DNA of 64,000 bases, taken from the sequence record SRR22947727_339. The stretch is one strand, 5' to 3'. Shown in pieces: positions 29,255-39,412 of the stretch. The notes beneath the pieces were generated by a model. That model did no database searches. It saw only the letters and a list, made by a program, of their open reading frames with translations, and had not been told where the DNA came from. Both the position numbers and the translations under genes were made by a program. Position 1 is the first letter of the stretch. Each line of letters begins with the position of its first letter.

Positions 29255-30346
29255 TTGTCATTTAAAACATATTTGTTATTAAATGGTCAACATGCAGACT
29301 CGAGTATTATTTTAGTGAACGATATTCAGCGATCCATATATAGTAGCTATCCTGGCAATCTCACTTTGACGCGCAAAGTGTTAGAGGCCAAAGGCGTTGA
29401 TACGAAAGGTCTGTTCCGGGATGTAGATCTCAACATTGCTGAATATGAAGCTAATGCTTTTAAACGGGTTCCCGTGGGCAAATCAGTGCAGTTTTTTGAC
29501 AAGGCCATAGAGCTAAGCGGTGATCCTTGTTTTGGCTTAACGGTTGCCGACTACCTCAATCCTGCAGCTTATCAACAATTTGGAGTCGGTCTTCTATATA
29601 GTAATACTGTACGAGATTTTTTAAACCGCTTTTCACGCTATTTTTCCTTTATGACCACGCTTTATGAAGTTGAGTTTAAGGACGAATTCAATAATGCCCA
29701 GTTATTGTTAAAACCAGTTACGGACATACCCCCCAAATGTAGGCAATTTGATATTGATGTATTCACTGCTGGGATAATGAAGTTTCTGCGCACGGCCTAT
29801 CGTCCTGATTACGCACCTATTGAAGTATATATAGGATGGTGTCCGCCTGAAAATCAAAGGGGCCGTTATGAGACATTATTTGGATGTCCTGTAATTTTTG
29901 GAGCTAATCTAACAGGATTGAAATTTGATTACTTCGATCTGGAAAGTCCGTTCCCAGCATCCAACATCCAGTTAGCCAGAGAGCAGGATAAGGTTGTCGT
30001 CGATTTTCTTGCACGTGCAGCCAAAGTAGAGTTGAAGCACCAAGTTTATTCCAAACTCATAGAGATGCTACCATCTGGTAAATGCACTCGAGATTATATA
30101 GCCGAAACATTGAATATGAGCTCTGGGTCACTGCATTCCAAACTCAAGAAAGAAGGTACAAATTTTCATGAATTACTTGCTGAAACCCGCAAAGGTCTCG
30201 CGCAGGAATATGTCCGCGATGTTCGGATTTCATTGACTGAAATTGCTTATATGCTGGGCTACACGAATAGTAGTAATTTTTCGCGGGCCTTTAAAAACTG
30301 GACCGGGAGTACGCCTAATGCCTATCGGCAAAACAAATTAGGCTGA
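29255..30346 (+). CDS. AraC-family transcriptional regulator (same subfamily as 15992..17083)
   Basis: LSGDPCFGL, IAYMLGYTNSSNFSRAFKNWTG; start uncertain (in-frame GTG at 29315). Confidence 0.85.
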   Translation: MSFKTYLLLNGQHADSSIILVNDIQRSIYSSYPGNLTLTRKVLEAKGVDTKGLFRDVDLNIAEYEANAFKRVPVGKSVQFFDKAIELSGDPCFGLTVADYLNPAAYQQFGVGLLYSNTVRDFLNRFSRYFSFMTTLYEVEFKDEFNNAQLLLKPVTDIPPKCRQFDIDVFTAGIMKFLRTAYRPDYAPIEVYIGWCPPENQRGRYETLFGCPVIFGANLTGLKFDYFDLESPFPASNIQLAREQDKVVVDFLARAAKVELKHQVYSKLIEMLPSGKCTRDYIAETLNMSSGSLHSKLKKEGTNFHELLAETRKGLAQEYVRDVRISLTEIAYMLGYTNSSNFSRAFKNWTGSTPNAYRQNKLG

Positions 30347-30514
30347 AGCCCCTCTTTTGCTCTGTTGCATAAAAACATCACTTAGGTCTTTTTTTTTCGT
30401 GATAACACATTTGACTACAATATTGCCTCTATTGATTGGATTTGACTCAATCTCTCATTATTCTTGAAATCAGAATATATTTCTAAGAATTATCACAAAA
30501 GGGGAATACAGGTC

Positions 30515-32800
30515 ATGAAAATTAATAAATCACGCCTTCTATCGATGACAGCTTTAGTGTCAATTACTGGATCATTGATGTTACCGGCAACAGCTTATGG
30601 ACAACTCGATGAAATCGTTGTCACGGCGACTAAACAAGAAAAATCTGTTCAGGACGTCGCTCTTTCAATTGAGGCCGTCTTAGGAGAATATCTATCAGAT
30701 TTTAAGGTTGTCGACCTCAAGGGATTGTCGGATAATATTCCGAACTTCACGGTCAGCTCTGGCTTAACAGCAACAAACGTATCCATGCGGGGGCTTGGTT
30801 CTGGTCAGGAACGGAGTTTTGAGCAAGCTGTCGGTATGTTCATTGATGGTCAATATATGCCGCGAAACAGGCAGTATCGCTCGCCTTTCTTTGACGTTGA
30901 ACGTGTTGAAGTGGTTAAGGGCCCTCAAGCGGTATATTTCGGTTTGAACTCAACAGCGGGCGCTGTGTCTATTACGTCCAAGAAAACAAGACCAGGCGAT
31001 GGTTTTGACGGCTATGTTTCTGCAGATCTTGGGTTGGATATTGGCGGGCAGGCTTTTGAAGGTGCGATGGGTGTTAGTGGCGATAAAATTGGCCTTCGGC
31101 TTGCGGGTAAATTCGTTGATAATGACGGTTATTTCCAAAACTCAACGACCGGATTGCGTGAGGGGGATGAAAAGTCAGTATTGATTCGTGGATCCATTGT
31201 CGCAGATGTCGCAGAAGGGTTTAGGCTCTCTGGTAAAATTGAACATTCTGATTTTAAAGTTAATGGTAATGTGGGGGAGGTGTTTGATAATGCAGGAGAC
31301 CCAAGTACCGTCTTAGATTATATTAGAGAGGGCGAAGCAAGTGCTGTGGGACCAGCGTCTCGTGCTGGGATTTATCCCTTAGGGGCGCCAGGTCAGGAAT
31401 CTAAGGCTGAAAATTATCAACTTACTGCGGAAATTGATCTTGCTGGTGGCGTCCTTACGGCTACCGCGGGTTTATCAGACTTTGAATATGACCTTGTGAC
31501 TGATTTAGATACATCTGCCGCGGCAATATTGGACGCCGCAATCGTCGAAGATTACAAGCAAACGAGCTTTGATGTCCGTTATCAAAATCAACTAACGGAC
31601 CAATTAAATTTACTCGTGGGAGGCTATATACACGATGCTGAGTTTTTTAACTCGCAGCCAAGCACCTGGGGATTGCAATCTCCGTTTCATAATTTTGGGC
31701 TCGTAACAGCTGGTAATGTTATGGACAGTGGTAATATTTATAATTTGGATTCCAAGCTTACGTCTGTCTATGGTATTGGCGAACTCCAGTTGAATGAACA
31801 GATAACGGTTAGCGCCGGTGCACGTTGGGCGGAAGAGAAAAAAGACCTTGCGCGCACGAACGGGTGTTTAGAAATAACAGCCAGCGGTGTGACATCCGCA
31901 CCGCCGGCGCTCGGCACACTTCAGGCTTTCGGGGGGTGCCCAAATCCGGCTTTATCTAATATTAGTCGCAATCGTAAATCTGATAATTTCATGCCGGAAG
32001 CCTCAATACAGTATCGTCCCAATGATGATATGATGTTTTATGCCAAGATTGGTAAAAGCGCTAAAGCTGGCGGTTTTGCAAGCTCTGGTTCGATTAATCC
32101 GAACTTCTTAGAGTATGATGACGAATCAGTTGTCGGGTATGAGGGTGGCGTCAAAGCGTCACTGATGGATGGTAAGGCTGAATTGAATGCGGCCTTATTC
32201 CGATCTGATTTTAAAGACTTGCAGGTAAATGCATTCATTGATGATCCCGTTACCGGGCTTCCTCAAGCTATCCTCGACAATGCAGCTAAAGTTAAATCAC
32301 AAGGTATTGAAATTGATGGTCGTTTATTCATCAATGAGTCTCTGACGGTGGGCGGCGCAATTGCTTATCTGGACTCAAAATTTGATGAATTTACGGACGC
32401 GCCATGTAATCGTGCGGAGTCTGCGGCATTTGGAGCGGGGTGTGCAGTGAACCGTGCAGGCCAAGAAACAGGTTATGCGCCCGATATTTCAGGTAGTTTT
32501 TATGCGGATTTAGACCATGATATGGGGAATAGCTTTTCATTGGTCGGAGGCGCTAAAGTGTCCTTTAGTGGGTCCTATTTTACGGACGGTACTTTTGAGG
32601 TCCCTGGCCGTCAATCTGGCTGGCAGAAAATTGATGCCCGTATTGGTCTTGCTCATGAGAAAGGATATGAGCTGAGCCTGATAGGTACTAATTTGACAGA
32701 CGAAAAGGTCACAGGGGCTAGCCAAGCACTATTAGGCTATTTACTCGGTTACCTTGAGCCACCACGCCAGGTCGTTTTGCGGGCAAAGTACAAGTTCTAA
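30515..32800 (+). CDS. TonB-dependent outer-membrane receptor
   Basis: Signal peptide, TonB box DEIVVTA, plug motifs MRGLG and VERVEVVKGPQ, C-terminal PR...LRAKYKF; ATG at 30515 after GGGGA. Confidence 0.93.
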   Translation: MKINKSRLLSMTALVSITGSLMLPATAYGQLDEIVVTATKQEKSVQDVALSIEAVLGEYLSDFKVVDLKGLSDNIPNFTVSSGLTATNVSMRGLGSGQERSFEQAVGMFIDGQYMPRNRQYRSPFFDVERVEVVKGPQAVYFGLNSTAGAVSITSKKTRPGDGFDGYVSADLGLDIGGQAFEGAMGVSGDKIGLRLAGKFVDNDGYFQNSTTGLREGDEKSVLIRGSIVADVAEGFRLSGKIEHSDFKVNGNVGEVFDNAGDPSTVLDYIREGEASAVGPASRAGIYPLGAPGQESKAENYQLTAEIDLAGGVLTATAGLSDFEYDLVTDLDTSAAAILDAAIVEDYKQTSFDVRYQNQLTDQLNLLVGGYIHDAEFFNSQPSTWGLQSPFHNFGLVTAGNVMDSGNIYNLDSKLTSVYGIGELQLNEQITVSAGARWAEEKKDLARTNGCLEITASGVTSAPPALGTLQAFGGCPNPALSNISRNRKSDNFMPEASIQYRPNDDMMFYAKIGKSAKAGGFASSGSINPNFLEYDDESVVGYEGGVKASLMDGKAELNAALFRSDFKDLQVNAFIDDPVTGLPQAILDNAAKVKSQGIEIDGRLFINESLTVGGAIAYLDSKFDEFTDAPCNRAESAAFGAGCAVNRAGQETGYAPDISGSFYADLDHDMGNSFSLVGGAKVSFSGSYFTDGTFEVPGRQSGWQKIDARIGLAHEKGYELSLIGTNLTDEKVTGASQALLGYLLGYLEPPRQVVLRAKYKF

Positions 32801-32826
32801 TATCCATCAACAATGGTTAAGGAAAT

Positions 32827-32850
32827 GGCAGGCCTTAGGCTTGCTTTTTT
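32827..32850 (+). terminator. Rho-independent terminator after the TonB receptor gene
   Basis: GCAGGCC-TTA-GGCTTGC hairpin followed by T6. Confidence 0.6.
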
Positions 32851-32943
32851 CATGAATTGAGTGAAAAACTTCACTTTTGGACAAGTCGGAATCTGCGGCA
32901 AGCCTAATAAAGACAATAACTAAAATATATTTGGGAGGATGAA

Positions 32944-34059
32944 ATGGGAAGCAAACCCGTCGTTGTTTATGGAGCTAGCGGATATACAGGGCGACTCGTC
33001 TGCGAGTTTATGCGGCAATATCAGATACCGTTTATTGCGGCTGGCCGAAACGGAAAGCGCATTCAAGAAGTCATGAACAAAGTACCGGGGATTGAAACCG
33101 CGGATTATGAAGTCGCCGAGGTTAAAAATACGGTTGAAGACCTCGCCAAGCTTTTCAAAGGTGCCAAAGTCGTTTGTAATATTGTTGGCCCGTTTGAGAG
33201 ATTTGGCGAACCGGTGGTTAAGGCGGCGCTAAAGGCTGGTGCTCACTATATTGATACCACAGGCGAGCCAGCCTTTCTTGAAATGGTCAAGGATAAATAT
33301 TCGGCTAAATTTGCCAAGGCTGGGCTGCTGCTCGCGCCGTGTACGGCCTATATGTATACACCGGCAGAAATATGCGCCCGTATCTGCCTTGAAGAGGAAG
33401 ATGTCGATACTTTGGAGGTTGTTACGGCGGGAACATTTGTTCCAACTTTTGCATCGACACAATCGATTTACAGCCTGTTTAGTCACGATGCCCGCTATCT
33501 TAAAAATAATGAGCTTGTGCCGTGGATTCCCGGCAAGGGGTATGATGTCTATGTTCCGGGTTTTGCGGTTAATCAGCTCGTCCACCCTTGGGCAGGCGGT
33601 AATCTTCCACATGTGTTCAAGGACCACCCGACCGTCCATACAGTGCGTCAATATAGCGGCAATACTGATCGGGATTTAATGGAGCAATTACTCGCTATGC
33701 AGCAACAATTTGAAGCTGAAGTACGTTCTATTAAATCAGAGAAAAAACGCAAAGCAACACTGGACGCCATGGTTGACGCGCTTGAACCATTTATGCCACC
33801 GCGTGAGCTTACACTTATTCATAAAAGCTGCGATATGGCGACGTCTTGTGGCTCTGCAGGCGGTAAAAAGGTAGTCTTGCAAAGTACCGGACCTTATACG
33901 CAGACAGGTATGATACAAGCCGCTACCGCCAATATGCTAATCGCAAACGGAACGAAAAAGACCGGCTTTGCGACCGCATGTGAAGCCGTTGGGCATCGCT
34001 ATCTTCTCGGACAGTTAAAATCTTTCTTCCCGCTAAACCTGACCATCACGGAAACCTAG
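32944..34059 (+). CDS. Saccharopine dehydrogenase-like NAD(P)-binding oxidoreductase
   Basis: VYGASGYTG, AAGRN, NIVGPF, HYIDTTGE. Confidence 0.8.
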   Translation: MGSKPVVVYGASGYTGRLVCEFMRQYQIPFIAAGRNGKRIQEVMNKVPGIETADYEVAEVKNTVEDLAKLFKGAKVVCNIVGPFERFGEPVVKAALKAGAHYIDTTGEPAFLEMVKDKYSAKFAKAGLLLAPCTAYMYTPAEICARICLEEEDVDTLEVVTAGTFVPTFASTQSIYSLFSHDARYLKNNELVPWIPGKGYDVYVPGFAVNQLVHPWAGGNLPHVFKDHPTVHTVRQYSGNTDRDLMEQLLAMQQQFEAEVRSIKSEKKRKATLDAMVDALEPFMPPRELTLIHKSCDMATSCGSAGGKKVVLQSTGPYTQTGMIQAATANMLIANGTKKTGFATACEAVGHRYLLGQLKSFFPLNLTITET

Positions 34060-34065
34060 TTACCG

Positions 34066-35625
34066 ATGACAATGCGGTTTATCGATTTCTTCGAACAGGG
34101 TGTTCGCTATCATGCTGACGAGACAGCTTTTGTCGATAACGTCAGTCGCTACACCTATGCTCAAGCGGATGTTCAAATACAAAAGATCGCAGCGGCTATT
34201 CGGGGCAACAGTTTCGCTAAAGGCACACGCATTGGCGTCTATTCACCCAATGCAAATTCCGCCTGGCTAGCCTTGCTTGGCGTCTTATGGGCGGAGGGCG
34301 TTTGGATACCTATAAATCCGCGCAATACAGTTGAGGTCAATGTAGATTTGGCGACCCGGTTTGGCATGGATATCATGTTTTACGACGCCTGCTTTAATGA
34401 TCAGGTGGCCGAGATAAAAAAGCAGGTTCCGAGCCTGAAATCATTTATCTGTATAAACGGGGAGGGTACGACCGGACATTCACTTGAATCTTTTTGCGCC
34501 GGACATCCCGAACGACATGAACCAGAACCCCATGTTCCAAAAGAGCTCGCAGCCATATTCCCGACTGGCGGGACAACAGGACAGTCCAAGGGCGTCCTGA
34601 TGAACCATGAGGCGCTCGAGACCTTTGCTATCAATTACTACACCCATCTGAATTACAGGGAAGATAGCGTGCACTTGGTTGTTGCGCCGATGACCCATGC
34701 GGCTGGAATAATGGGCTGTTTGCATTTTATGCGCGGCGCCAAAAACGTCATTACCAAAAAACTCGACCCGCTCTCAATATTGCAGGACATTGAGGAGCAC
34801 GGGGTCACTCATCTATTCTTACCGCCGACTATCCTTTATATGATGCTGGCTCATGGGGATGTCGGCAAATACGACTATTCTTCGCTTGAGCATTTCATTG
34901 TCGGGGCAGCGCCAACCTCTCTGGAAAAACTTAAAGAGGCCATAAAGGTATTTGGACCCGTTATGACAGAGGCTTACGGGCAGACCGAAGCGCCCGCCGC
35001 CATCACGCTTAAAGCGCCGTGGGACTATATGGACGCGGATGGCAATATCAATGAAGAGCGCCTCAAAGGTATTGGCAGGGCTGGGGCGTTTAGTCCGGTT
35101 AAAATCTTAGGCGATGATGGCCAGGAAGTGGCGCGCGGCACCCCCGGCGAAATTTGTGTTTCGGGTAGGCTTGTGACCCTCGGCTATCTCGACAACCCGG
35201 AGGCCACAGCAGCGGCCCATAAAGATGGTTGGTTATGGACCGGAGATGTCGGCATAATGAGTGAGGATGGATATATCCAAATCGTTGATCGCAGCAAGGA
35301 TATGATAATCTCCGGCGGATTTAATATTTATCCCAATGAAATCGAGCAGGCAGTAACTGAGCATCCAGCTGTACAAGAATGCGCCGTAATTGGTGTTCCC
35401 GATGAAAAATGGGGCGAAGCGGTAAAGGCTATGGTACAGCTCAAGCCCGGTCAGTCAATTGACACTGGCGCTTTGCTTGCCACGCTCAAAGATCGGCTTG
35501 GCGGTGTAAAAACACCAAAAACCATAGATATCATTGACGACCTACCGCGTTCACCTAATGGTAAAGTCATGAAAACCGAGCTGCGCAAAATATACTGGGC
35601 CGGGAAAACCCGTCAGGTCAATTAG
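34066..35625 (+). CDS. Acyl-CoA synthetase (AMP-binding)
   Basis: TGGTTGQSKG, YGQTE, WTGDVG, DRSKDMIISGG, PRSPNGK. Confidence 0.9.
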   Translation: MTMRFIDFFEQGVRYHADETAFVDNVSRYTYAQADVQIQKIAAAIRGNSFAKGTRIGVYSPNANSAWLALLGVLWAEGVWIPINPRNTVEVNVDLATRFGMDIMFYDACFNDQVAEIKKQVPSLKSFICINGEGTTGHSLESFCAGHPERHEPEPHVPKELAAIFPTGGTTGQSKGVLMNHEALETFAINYYTHLNYREDSVHLVVAPMTHAAGIMGCLHFMRGAKNVITKKLDPLSILQDIEEHGVTHLFLPPTILYMMLAHGDVGKYDYSSLEHFIVGAAPTSLEKLKEAIKVFGPVMTEAYGQTEAPAAITLKAPWDYMDADGNINEERLKGIGRAGAFSPVKILGDDGQEVARGTPGEICVSGRLVTLGYLDNPEATAAAHKDGWLWTGDVGIMSEDGYIQIVDRSKDMIISGGFNIYPNEIEQAVTEHPAVQECAVIGVPDEKWGEAVKAMVQLKPGQSIDTGALLATLKDRLGGVKTPKTIDIIDDLPRSPNGKVMKTELRKIYWAGKTRQVN

Positions 35626-36858
35626 GTGAAACAAAACGCCTACATAGCCGGTGTCGGCATGACACAGTTTGGGAAACATTTAGACCGGTCTTTAAAGTCA
35701 TTGGCTAGCGAAGCGATTACAATAGCGCTTGATGATGCAGCACTTGACCGCAAAGATCTTAGTGCTGCCTATGTCGGTAATGTCGGCGCAGGGATGATAT
35801 CAGGACAAAGCTGTGTTTTGGGACAGGTTATTCTTCGCGAAATGGGGATAGGCGGAATACCCGTTATCAATGTTGAAAATGCCTGTGCCTCTTCGGCGAC
35901 TGCGTTTCAGCAAGCCTTCACGATGGTAACCTTTGGCGCCTATGATGTAGTATTAGCCTGCGGCGTCGAGAAACTTTATTCCACCGACAAACAAAAGACC
36001 TTTGACGTGTTTAGCGGCGGTATTGACGTTGAGAAGACCAATGAAATTCTGAAGTTTGTCGGCGAGAAACTACAAGACCTTGGCATGGATTTGGACGGCG
36101 GCGCTGGTGCGTCGCGCTCTATCTTTGTTGACATTTATGTCGCCTGGGCCTTGGAGCATATGAAAAAACATGGCACGACCCGCGAACAGATGGCGGCGGT
36201 ATCGGCGAAAAACTCGTTTCACGGCAGCCTTAATCCATTTGCGCAATATCGGGATGTCATGAGCGCGGATGATGTCCTCGCCGCCCGCGAAGTCGTTTGG
36301 CCACTGACGCTACCTATGTGCTCGCCAATTGGGGACGGCGCTTCGGCGGTCATTGTCGTGAGCGAGCAAAAAGCCAGGGAGCTCGGTATGTCCCGCATGG
36401 TAAAAGTCGAGGCCGCGACCCTGACTAGTGGCTATGACATAGACGCTGAAATTGACGCGCCTGCGCAGCGGGCCGCGAAAGAAATATACGAACTTAGCGG
36501 ATTGGGGCCGACGGATATGGACTGTATCGAACTGCATGACGCCTCCGCGATTAGTGAGATTATGTATTACGAATATTTGGGGCTTTGCGGGGCCGGCGAG
36601 GGTGGGGCGTTCGCGCAAAGCGGGGCAACAAAGCTTGGCGGAAAAATCCCGGTCAATACCTCCGGCGGTCTTATGCGCAAGGGTCATCCGATTGGCGCAA
36701 CCGGCACGGCGCAGCTGACGGAGCTGGTTTGGCAGCTCCGAGGCGACGCCAAAAAGCGGCAGGTTGAGAATGCCCGCATAGCACTCGCGGAAAACGGCGG
36801 TGGCTATATCGGCAGTGATGTTGCAGCCCTCGCTTTAACTGTATTGAGCAAGACATGA
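35626..36858 (+). CDS. SCP2/SCP-x type thiolase with intact catalytic motifs
   Basis: VENACASS (Cys), ELHDA, KGHPIGATG, ENGGG. Confidence 0.9.
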   Translation: MKQNAYIAGVGMTQFGKHLDRSLKSLASEAITIALDDAALDRKDLSAAYVGNVGAGMISGQSCVLGQVILREMGIGGIPVINVENACASSATAFQQAFTMVTFGAYDVVLACGVEKLYSTDKQKTFDVFSGGIDVEKTNEILKFVGEKLQDLGMDLDGGAGASRSIFVDIYVAWALEHMKKHGTTREQMAAVSAKNSFHGSLNPFAQYRDVMSADDVLAAREVVWPLTLPMCSPIGDGASAVIVVSEQKARELGMSRMVKVEAATLTSGYDIDAEIDAPAQRAAKEIYELSGLGPTDMDCIELHDASAISEIMYYEYLGLCGAGEGGAFAQSGATKLGGKIPVNTSGGLMRKGHPIGATGTAQLTELVWQLRGDAKKRQVENARIALAENGGGYIGSDVAALALTVLSKT

Positions 36859-38084
36859 CGAGAATATCAAAGCGTTGGTCGGTGTTGATTTGGGCGCTTG
36901 TCGCGCTTTTACTTTGCTACATAGACCGGATCATCATTTCGTTGGCAATCATCGAAATGAAACCGGAATTCGGGTGGGACGACAGCGCAAAAGGGACGAT
37001 ATTATCGGCTTTCTTTGTCGGGTACCTCGTTATGCAAGTACTTGGCGGCCTGTTGGCAAACAAGTTTGGTGGCCGCAATGTTTTTCTATGGGCCGTCTTG
37101 ATATGGTCCGCGTTTACGATTGCGACGCCTTTTGCGGCTTATTCTTCATTTTCAATGCTCGTTTTTGCGCGTTTTATTGTGGGCTTTGGAGAGGGTGCTG
37201 CGTTTCCAGCGGTCTATAGCCTTATTGGAAATTGGATGCGAAAGGACGAGGTGACGAGATCAATCGGATTTATGTCTGCAGCATCAACGATTGGGACAAT
37301 ATTCGCATTGATTGTCGCTGGGTTGATGATTAAATCATATGGTTGGACGTCCGTATTCTATATTTTCGGTTCACTTGGATTTGTATGGGCCCTGTTTTGG
37401 TTCTGGAAAGTTCCTAAAAAGGCCATCATTTCCGAAGACCGGTTACAAGACCTCGTGAGTTCACCAAAATCCGCAATCCCATGGAAAATTTTACTGACTC
37501 ATCCAGCTGTCCTTTGTCTATATGCGGTCGCGATGGCAGGCGCCATGATCTCTTATACACTCGTCACCTGGATGCCGAGCTTTTATGTCGACACATTCAA
37601 ATTATCCATCGCTCAGGCCAGTTTCTACACATTGCCGCCTGTGGTTGTTATAACGTTCACGTCCATTGCTGCCGGCGTTATTGGCGATAGCCTTATCAAA
37701 CGCGGAACAGACCTACTTAAGGTGCGTAAAGGTTTGACATATTTTGGGTTCTTTTTTAGCGGACTTTTTTTAGTTTTACTGACCCAGGCCAGTAGCCTTA
37801 TTCCAGCCGTCATTTGTTTGTCGTTATCATTTGGTGCGTTAGGCGTTGCAGTTCCGGGATATTCTGCGATTCCGTCAGAACTTATGCCCAAACATGGGGA
37901 AATTCTGTATGGGTTTATCGCAGGTGCAGGGTCGCTCGCGAGTATTCCAGTCGTCAAATTGACCGGTGTAATCCTGGATAAAACCGGATCTTATAACTTG
38001 ACCTTTTTATTCATGGCGTTCGGGGCGGCGGTTGGTCTTGTAATTTTCGCGATATTTGCCCGTAATGACCCAATTTACCAATAG
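36855..38084 (+). CDS. MFS transporter, ACS family
   Basis: CYIDRIIISLA, GGLLANKFGGR, RFIVGFGEG; paralogous to 7882..9162. Confidence 0.85.
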   Translation: MTRISKRWSVLIWALVALLLCYIDRIIISLAIIEMKPEFGWDDSAKGTILSAFFVGYLVMQVLGGLLANKFGGRNVFLWAVLIWSAFTIATPFAAYSSFSMLVFARFIVGFGEGAAFPAVYSLIGNWMRKDEVTRSIGFMSAASTIGTIFALIVAGLMIKSYGWTSVFYIFGSLGFVWALFWFWKVPKKAIISEDRLQDLVSSPKSAIPWKILLTHPAVLCLYAVAMAGAMISYTLVTWMPSFYVDTFKLSIAQASFYTLPPVVVITFTSIAAGVIGDSLIKRGTDLLKVRKGLTYFGFFFSGLFLVLLTQASSLIPAVICLSLSFGALGVAVPGYSAIPSELMPKHGEILYGFIAGAGSLASIPVVKLTGVILDKTGSYNLTFLFMAFGAAVGLVIFAIFARNDPIYQ

Positions 38085-38086
38085 AG

Positions 38087-38473
38087 ATGGATATGTTTGA
38101 TTTCGGACTAGATAAAGACCAAGAGGCGCGTGCCAAGGAACTGCACGAAAAGATCATCACTTGGGATATGCTGACCGAGAGCACGGTGCTGGACCAGAAC
38201 TGGACGAATATGAGCTCGCCCGGCGGCATGTACGAAAGTAACCATCAAGATCAGTTTATGAAATATCTCATGGAGAATGGCGACGTTGACTCGGCGATAT
38301 CTGATGTTGTTAACACGGCCAAAAACTTGATCGCGAATAATTCAGATATTGGCGGATTTGTTGTTGAGTGTACAGATTTGACGCCATTTTCAAAAGCCAT
38401 CAAAACTGCGACTGGCTTACCTGTTTTCGATCCGGTGGATCTTTTGCGCCGGGTTCATGAGCAGGTAAAATGA
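38087..38473 (+). pseudogene. Chimeric remnant: M19 dipeptidase N-terminus fused in frame to an Asp/Glu-racemase-like C-terminus
   Basis: First ~45 aa (FDFGLDKDQEARAKELHEKIITWDMLTE) align with 25480 protein (IDFDLSPAQEEHARQLHSEILVFDGLME); last ~80 aa carry VVECTDL...ATGLPVFD of racemase-fold proteins. Confidence 0.65.
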
Positions 38474-38560
38474 CTATAAAAAGCGCGAGAATGATGCGCC
38501 CGGAAAAACAGTCGCGATTAGTCTTTGGGAAACAAGCTCAAACGATTGGTATTGGCCATT

Positions 38561-39412
38561 ATGATTAGACTGGATTACTGCATCCGCCGCAAAAACGGCA
38601 CGAGTCCGTCTGATTTCCGGGAGTACTGGAAACATGTCCATGCACCACTTTGGGCTCGGCATGCCGATGTTCTGGGTGTTAAGCGGCATATCCATTTTGA
38701 GGACAGGCCCGAGCATCCCATGTCCGCGCCGACGCGAGAAGCTTATAAAATTGGGGGCGAGGCTTTTGACGGCGTTGGTACGACAATCTGGTCCGATATC
38801 AGAGTATTGGAAAGTTCTCTGCAAACGGAAGATGGCGCTGCAGCCTATAATGAAATCCTGACGGATGAGGCAGCATTTATCGACCATAGCCAAAGCTATC
38901 TCGCATTTGGTCTGGTGCACGCTGTCGCCTATGATCGAGAGAAATTATTTGCAACAGAAGACACAGAATTTGTTCGCGGTATTTACTGGCCACTTGCTCT
39001 GGAAGGATTGAGTATCGCAGAAATTCAGCGCCACTGGATTTCCGTGCATGGCGGACTTTCCCATGAATTTACTGTCGGGTCAGCCAATCGTCGTTATATA
39101 CAGATCCACACCGGAAATTATGACCTTTATCATCGGTTTTTAGCGGATCGAAATATGCCGTTTAGGGCCCGTCACTTTGGCCAGGCCGAAGCGATCACTT
39201 CTCCGGGGGAAGTGGAAAAAGCGGCCAAGCTCAATCGCCCGGCGGAGCATTTTCAGTTCTTCATCGAGGACATTGATAATTTCGCCGATCCAAATGTTTC
39301 CTATTTTGCATTGGGTAAGGAATATCTCGTTGTCGATAAACAGGTTTACGAATCCCCGCTTCCCAAGCCTATTCCAATTGGCGAGCCTTTGCCCTATAAG
39401 CCTTGGCCATGA
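38561..39412 (+). CDS. Tandem EthD-domain protein
   Basis: RRKNGTSPSDFREYWKHVHAPL...FDGV...DEAAFID and second copy EGLSIAEIQRHWISVHGGL...DIDNFAD; start at ATG 38561. Confidence 0.7.
   Translation: MIRLDYCIRRKNGTSPSDFREYWKHVHAPLWARHADVLGVKRHIHFEDRPEHPMSAPTREAYKIGGEAFDGVGTTIWSDIRVLESSLQTEDGAAAYNEILTDEAAFIDHSQSYLAFGLVHAVAYDREKLFATEDTEFVRGIYWPLALEGLSIAEIQRHWISVHGGLSHEFTVGSANRRYIQIHTGNYDLYHRFLADRNMPFRARHFGQAEAITSPGEVEKAAKLNRPAEHFQFFIEDIDNFADPNVSYFALGKEYLVVDKQVYESPLPKPIPIGEPLPYKPWP

Noticed and set aside
38474-38920. 148-aa - strand ORF and the many other 60-160 aa overlapping ORFs
   Set aside because: Shadow frames of well-supported genes
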